From Bacillota bacterium (GTDB taxonomy: Bacteria > Bacillota > DTU065), in NCBI GenBank assembly GCA_018435125.1, contig JAHDNZ010000036.1:31014-95013 (forward strand): a DNA stretch of 64,000 nucleotides, in the 5' to 3' direction. How positions within the stretch are numbered: position 1 is the first letter of the stretch; the number at the start of each line of letters is the position of its first letter. The notes beneath the pieces are model-generated. The model was not told the DNA's origin. It searched no databases and saw only the letters and a program-made list of their open reading frames with translations. Made by a program: the position numbers and the translations under genes. This document shows, piece by piece, positions 59,539 to 64,000 of this stretch.

Positions 59539-60492
59539 TCAATCCTCTCCCCAAAGAAAAGCTTTGGCAGGATGGCTAATGAGCAAAATCTGCTCGTTTC
59601 CCTTGCCCAGAAAATCGCCGCTAGTGACCGCGACTAGGCCCCAGCCCACTGAAGGTAATTTATCTGTAAATTGCAAACTCCCACTGTTATCTAACTGGTA
59701 GATAAAAACCGAACCAGAATCGTCACCAACAAGTAGCTTACTGCCTTTAAAACTATTAAGGGCAAAGACCGGGTATTCTCTTAGGGTTTTGGAAGTAAGT
59801 GACTCGAAGTCTTGTAATACTGTTATAATCCCTTTTTTATAAGCTTGTCCTTCTTCGTAGACTATCTCCCAAATCCCATTACCATCAAGATCTAGACTGG
59901 TTATCGTTCTAATATTTCCTAGCCCCATTGTTTCGCTAAGCCTTTTTAAGCTTCCATCTTGGAATTTATAAACCACTATTTTTTTATCAACAGTTTTGTT
60001 TAGAAGTTTAGCCACAGATGTCACCAAAAGCTCACTATAACCATCACCATCTATATCGCCGGAGCTAACTTCCATAATGCCTGTGATATTACTACCTGAA
60101 TACTTTTCTTCCAGAGTGTTGTCACAAACTTTATAAAGCTTCCAACCGTAATCTGTAAGGATAATTACTTCTTGATCAAAAGAAGAAAAATTACCTGCAG
60201 CACACATGAGATTGCTGCCTCTTTCATATAGATTGGAGCTTTGCCAGAGAATTTCAACCTTTTGATTTATTAACTCAACCAGAGCCACTATAGCCTCTGC
60301 TTTTTCATAATTCTTACCCCATATAAGAAGTCTTCCCGGGGAATTTCCAATTGTTTCTATCCCTAAAACGGCATCAAAAATAAGCTTATCCTGTGACCAA
60401 AGCTTTTCCCAAGAAAGGGCTGGAAGTGATATTAATATAAATAATAATAAGATCAAATTTTTTCTAGTTTCTACTTTCTTAGAAAAAAGCAC
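59539..60492 (-). CDS. Secreted FG-GAP/beta-propeller-like repeat protein
   Basis: Signal peptide. Repeated calcium-binding-like loops DIDGDGYSEL and DLDGNGIWEI. Confidence 0.45.
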   Translation of the reverse strand: MLFSKKVETRKNLILLLFILISLPALSWEKLWSQDKLIFDAVLGIETIGNSPGRLLIWGKNYEKAEAIVALVELINQKVEILWQSSNLYERGSNLMCAAGNFSSFDQEVIILTDYGWKLYKVCDNTLEEKYSGSNITGIMEVSSGDIDGDGYSELLVTSVAKLLNKTVDKKIVVYKFQDGSLKRLSETMGLGNIRTITSLDLDGNGIWEIVYEEGQAYKKGIITVLQDFESLTSKTLREYPVFALNSFKGSKLLVGDDSGSVFIYQLDNSGSLQFTDKLPSVGWGLVAVTSGDFLGKGNEQILLISHPAKAFLWGED

Positions 60493-60654
60493 CTCTTCTC
60501 ATCCCTTTCGTAGATTAAATAAAACAAATAACTTATAAGTTTCAAATTCTTTTCTACAAAGGTTTTTTCCTGCTTTGAGTCTCCAATAAGCATAATTTGC
60601 CTGGTAATAGAGCCATAATACCATAGAGATCAATCTTTAGAAGGAGGCAGGACA

Positions 60655-61440
60655 GTGACATTTTCTCTGACCACACATAAACCTGACCTGTTTAAAAATG
60701 ATCTGAATCATCCTCTTAAATATAAAGGGCATGAGGCTGCACTGCCTTCAGGGTATGCCACCAATCGACTAATTGCTATGGTCCGTGATCCTTATTGGCT
60801 CTTTTGCTATTGGGACTTTGATAATAATTCTTGGGAAACAGTTAATCAATATATAAAACAGCCTTTTTTTCTAAGGCTTTTAACAGAGGAAAATGAATTA
60901 GCAAAAATTCCCATAAACCCGCAAGCTCGTAGTTGGTATATCAATACTTATGCCCCGGGAAAAACAATTTCCCTAGAGTTAGTTGTATGTACTGCTAGTG
61001 GCTTTTTAGTCTTATTAAAATCAAATTTGATTACTATGCCTACCGGCTCTGTCTCTTCATTCACCGATGAGCTTTGGCTTTCAATTAATGAACTTTACTC
61101 TGAAAAGTATTGTCTGAGTTTAGGTGGATCACCTCATTATTGGCAAAAGGAGGCAAAAAGGGAAGAAGCGCACTACTTAGCCAGCCCCATTCCTCAATTA
61201 TTACCCTCTGCAAAAGACCATTATTTGTGGCTCGATACCGAACTTATTATTTATGGGAAAACCACACCCGATGCTGTTTTATTACAAAATGACCAAGTTG
61301 TAGCCCTAGATCCGGAAGGTCAATTTCAATTGCATTTCAAACTCAATGATGGTAAGCAAAGCCTCAATTTCGAATCCTATGCTAAAAATGGCTTATCAAA
61401 AACCAAAGCTCTTACTGTAGAAAGGAGTTTACAGCCATGA
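60655..61440 (+). CDS. Hypothetical protein, possibly DUF4912-type partner of GH57 enzymes
   Basis: GAAGGAGG RBS. 4-nt overlap (ATGA) with the downstream GH57 gene. DUF4912 assignment rests on memory of the conserved GH57 neighbourhood only. Confidence 0.35.
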   Translation: MTFSLTTHKPDLFKNDLNHPLKYKGHEAALPSGYATNRLIAMVRDPYWLFCYWDFDNNSWETVNQYIKQPFFLRLLTEENELAKIPINPQARSWYINTYAPGKTISLELVVCTASGFLVLLKSNLITMPTGSVSSFTDELWLSINELYSEKYCLSLGGSPHYWQKEAKREEAHYLASPIPQLLPSAKDHYLWLDTELIIYGKTTPDAVLLQNDQVVALDPEGQFQLHFKLNDGKQSLNFESYAKNGLSKTKALTVERSLQP

Positions 61441-62999
61441 AAAAAGGCTACCTTGCCATTATTTTGCATGCCCATCTGCCTTATATCAGACACCTCAGTG
61501 ATGGAGACCTTGAAGAGGAATGGTTGTATGAGGCGATTATTGAAACCTATATTCCGCTTTTAAATTTGCTGGAAAACCTAGAAGCAGAGAGAGTGCCAGT
61601 TAGAATCGGTATCTCCCTAACTCCTCCTCTTTTAAATATGCTGGAAGATAAGACTTTGCTCAAACGCTTTAAAAAACGCTTGGAAGTATATTTAGAACTA
61701 GCTGATAAGGAAGTAAAACGGACTGAAAGAACCTATCCTTTCAATGAAACAGCTCAGTTATATAAAAACAATCTCCTTAATGTAAAGGCTAAGTTCGAGT
61801 TTTTTCAAGGCGACTTGATCGCTCCCTTTAAGCATTTTCAGTCTGTGGGCATGGTAGAACTATTAGCTTCGGCTGCTACTCATGGTTATCTGCCTTTAAT
61901 GGATTTAACACCAAACTGTCAGAAAGCTCAAATCGTTCAGGGTGTCTCTGAATATAAACGTTTTTTTGGTGTGGACCCCAAAGGGTTTTGGCTGCCGGAA
62001 TGTGGGTTTAGCCCGGGAATCGATACCTTTTTAGCGGCTAATGGTTTACGCTATTTTATTACCGATACTCATGCTCTCCTGCATGCTAATATTAAACCTC
62101 GCTATGCTAATTATGCTCCTATCTATACTCCAGGCAAAGTAGCTGCCTTTGGCAGAGATCAGGAATCTTCTAAACAGGTCTGGTCAGCTACTGAAGGTTA
62201 TCCCGGTGATTATGATTACCGTGACTTTTACCGTGATATCGGCTTTGATTTGGACTATGAGTATTTACATTTTATTTTAGAACCAGTAGGTAGCCGGAAG
62301 ATGACCGGTTTTAAGTATTATAAAATCACTAGCTCCTCTGATTATAAAGAACCTTATTATCCTGCTACAGCAAGAGCTAAAGCTAAGCTACATGCCGCTA
62401 ATTTTGTTTTCAACCGCGAAGCCCAAGTCAATTATCTGGCAACCATAACTGATAGGCCACCTATACTTGTAGCTCCTTACGATGCTGAATTATTTGGACA
62501 TTGGTGGTTTGAAGGGCCAATCTTTTTAGAAGAAGTGCTGCGTTTGGCAGCTAATTCCTCAGTTTTAGAACTTGTAACTCCCAAAGACTACCTAGAATAT
62601 CATCCCACCAATCAAATAGCTATCCCCTCTGCTTCAAGCTGGGGTTATAATGGTTATAACGAAGTTTGGCTGGAAGGATCAAATGACTGGATCTACCCTC
62701 ATCTGCATGCAGCCGGGTGGCATTTGGCTAATCTGGCAGCTCAAAAAGACCTGCCACAGTCAAAGCAACGGCGACTTAATCAAGCAGCTAGAGAGTTACT
62801 CTTAGCTGAAAGCTCCGACTGGGCTTTTATTATGAAAACAGGTACTTTCGCCGACTATGCCCGCAAAAGAACCAAAGAGCATTTGGCAAACTTTTGGCAG
62901 CTAACTACAAATCTTGATCAGCCTCTTAATGATCTGGTAGAAAAATTAGAAAAACTAAATCCAATCTTTCCTGAGATTGATTACCGTATATTTGCATAA
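61437..62999 (+). CDS. Glycoside hydrolase family 57 protein (1,4-alpha-glucan branching enzyme type)
   Basis: N-terminal YLAIILHAHLPYIRH (GH57 HxHxP motif), catalytic region ...PECGFSPG..., 520 aa. Confidence 0.8.
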   Translation: MKKGYLAIILHAHLPYIRHLSDGDLEEEWLYEAIIETYIPLLNLLENLEAERVPVRIGISLTPPLLNMLEDKTLLKRFKKRLEVYLELADKEVKRTERTYPFNETAQLYKNNLLNVKAKFEFFQGDLIAPFKHFQSVGMVELLASAATHGYLPLMDLTPNCQKAQIVQGVSEYKRFFGVDPKGFWLPECGFSPGIDTFLAANGLRYFITDTHALLHANIKPRYANYAPIYTPGKVAAFGRDQESSKQVWSATEGYPGDYDYRDFYRDIGFDLDYEYLHFILEPVGSRKMTGFKYYKITSSSDYKEPYYPATARAKAKLHAANFVFNREAQVNYLATITDRPPILVAPYDAELFGHWWFEGPIFLEEVLRLAANSSVLELVTPKDYLEYHPTNQIAIPSASSWGYNGYNEVWLEGSNDWIYPHLHAAGWHLANLAAQKDLPQSKQRRLNQAARELLLAESSDWAFIMKTGTFADYARKRTKEHLANFWQLTTNLDQPLNDLVEKLEKLNPIFPEIDYRIFA

Positions 63000-63030
63000 A
63001 AAACCGAGGCTTTTTAGGCCTCGGTTTTTA
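63000..63030. terminator. Bidirectional Rho-independent terminator between convergent genes
   Basis: AAAA CCGAGGC tttttag GCCTCGG TTTTT. Confidence 0.8.
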
Positions 63031-63958
63031 TGATTTCAGAAATTCTGGCGGCAAGTTCAGTAGCTAATTCCATGTTTTTACTTTCTACTTTTAGATGAAC
63101 GATGGGTTTAATATCATCTGGCTCAAGGTAAGCAAAGCCAGTTTCATCTCTGTAAAACAAACCTGCTTCTTTTTTGGAGTTCTCACCAAATGCCTCAGCA
63201 AACTTTAGCATGGTTTGGCTTCTCCTATCTAAAGAACATGGCAGCTCTTTGGTAATTTGGATCTTTAGGGGTATTTTTTTTAAGATTATACTTAGTGGCT
63301 CTTTACGATCGGTTGAAAATAAACTCAAAAGACGAAAAGCATCATGCCAGGGAATGGTTGACTCTTCGCTATAACAAAGTCCGGGTCTTACTCTTAAAAC
63401 CTTACTGCCGAATTCGGAGGCAATTTCTTCAACCGTACTGGTGGCACCTATGGGAACCTTGATTAAACCAGGTTCACTCTTTGAGTAAAAATAAACTGCC
63501 AAAGCCTCGATCTGTGCTGGAGTCAGTTCTTCCCCCTTTTCATCAAAGACTCGACAATCTTCTCCGGATGCAGATATCTGAGCTTTATAACCTAGTTGCT
63601 CCCGAGGAGATAAAACCTCTAGAACTCTTTTACCTGCTGGAGACTGACAGCTTATATCTTGTGTCAAAACCAGATTAGGATACTTTTTGAGATATTCCTG
63701 CAAATGGTTGGGGTTAAAAAAGAGGTGCCCTGGTTCTAAATCAGGGTGAAGTCCATCACTGGTTTTAATGAGGTTTTCTATTTTACGTTCTTTTCCCGAA
63801 TCAAGATAACAACCCTTTGAATCCAAAAAACGAACCACAATCTGTTCGCCTTCTAAAAACACATAGAACCCGCCGTTATATTTACCCTCAGAAAAGCTAA
63901 GCTTAAAAGCAGGTATTATTTGATCTCCCAAATCATACAAATCTGCTCCTTTGGCCAT
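63014..63958 (-). CDS. Hypothetical protein, possibly a degenerate phosphohexomutase-like C-terminal module
   Basis: Weak similarity of SASGEDCRVFDEKGEELTPAQIEALAVYF...GLIKVPIGATSTVEEIASEFGSKVLRV to PGM/PMM domains II-III. No SHNP active-site loop. Confidence 0.3.
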   Translation of the reverse strand: MAKGADLYDLGDQIIPAFKLSFSEGKYNGGFYVFLEGEQIVVRFLDSKGCYLDSGKERKIENLIKTSDGLHPDLEPGHLFFNPNHLQEYLKKYPNLVLTQDISCQSPAGKRVLEVLSPREQLGYKAQISASGEDCRVFDEKGEELTPAQIEALAVYFYSKSEPGLIKVPIGATSTVEEIASEFGSKVLRVRPGLCYSEESTIPWHDAFRLLSLFSTDRKEPLSIILKKIPLKIQITKELPCSLDRRSQTMLKFAEAFGENSKKEAGLFYRDETGFAYLEPDDIKPIVHLKVESKNMELATELAARISEIIKTEA

Positions 63959-64000
63959 TATGCCAGAGCTTATTATCCTTTTTACCAGTTTGGCTTTATC

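Overview
This 64 kb window comes from a low-GC, Firmicutes-type chromosome. Most genes are on the minus strand and are core housekeeping genes in well-known syntenies. The cggR-gap-pgk-tpiA-gpmI-eno glycolytic operon is present. So is rapZ-yvcK-whiA, here interrupted by an FMN riboswitch and ribU. The yicC-mihF-remA-gmk-rpoZ-coaBC-metK-priA-def-fmt-rsmB block is intact, as are spo0A, polA, secG, coaE and mgsA. The window opens with a MacAB/DevCBA-like efflux operon: a partial FtsX permease, an HlyD adaptor, an ABC ATPase and two tandem TolC-like genes. One clear accessory island follows tRNA-Pro(CGG) at roughly 7.0-15.3 kb. It holds decayed phage genes (lysozyme and P27 terminase small-subunit fragments), a compact higher-GC cassette (P-loop kinase, SAM methyltransferase, GNAT, DUF1905) and a DUF6273 pseudogene. 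It also has a Cys-rich orphan, an unannotated 33-aa YjcZ-like peptide with its own RBS and terminator, and a two-gene AAA_21 ATPase plus DUF4435/Toprim-like module that looks like a PARIS/AbiL-type anti-phage system with an unusually short ATPase. A second non-core locus at 35-41.4 kb encodes two paralogous lipoproteins (carboxypeptidase-regulatory-like beta-sandwich repeats with a C-terminal DUF1080/ConA-like domain) and a 615-aa beta-barrel outer membrane protein. These are separated by 0.7-0.8 kb AT-rich ORF-free spacers carrying strong terminators. Spo0A and a CotS-like protein co-occur with TolC-like proteins, lipoboxes and a C-terminal-Phe beta-barrel OMP, which suggests a diderm sporulating Firmicute such as Halanaerobiales (inference). 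No CRISPR array, rRNA or intact transposase was found.
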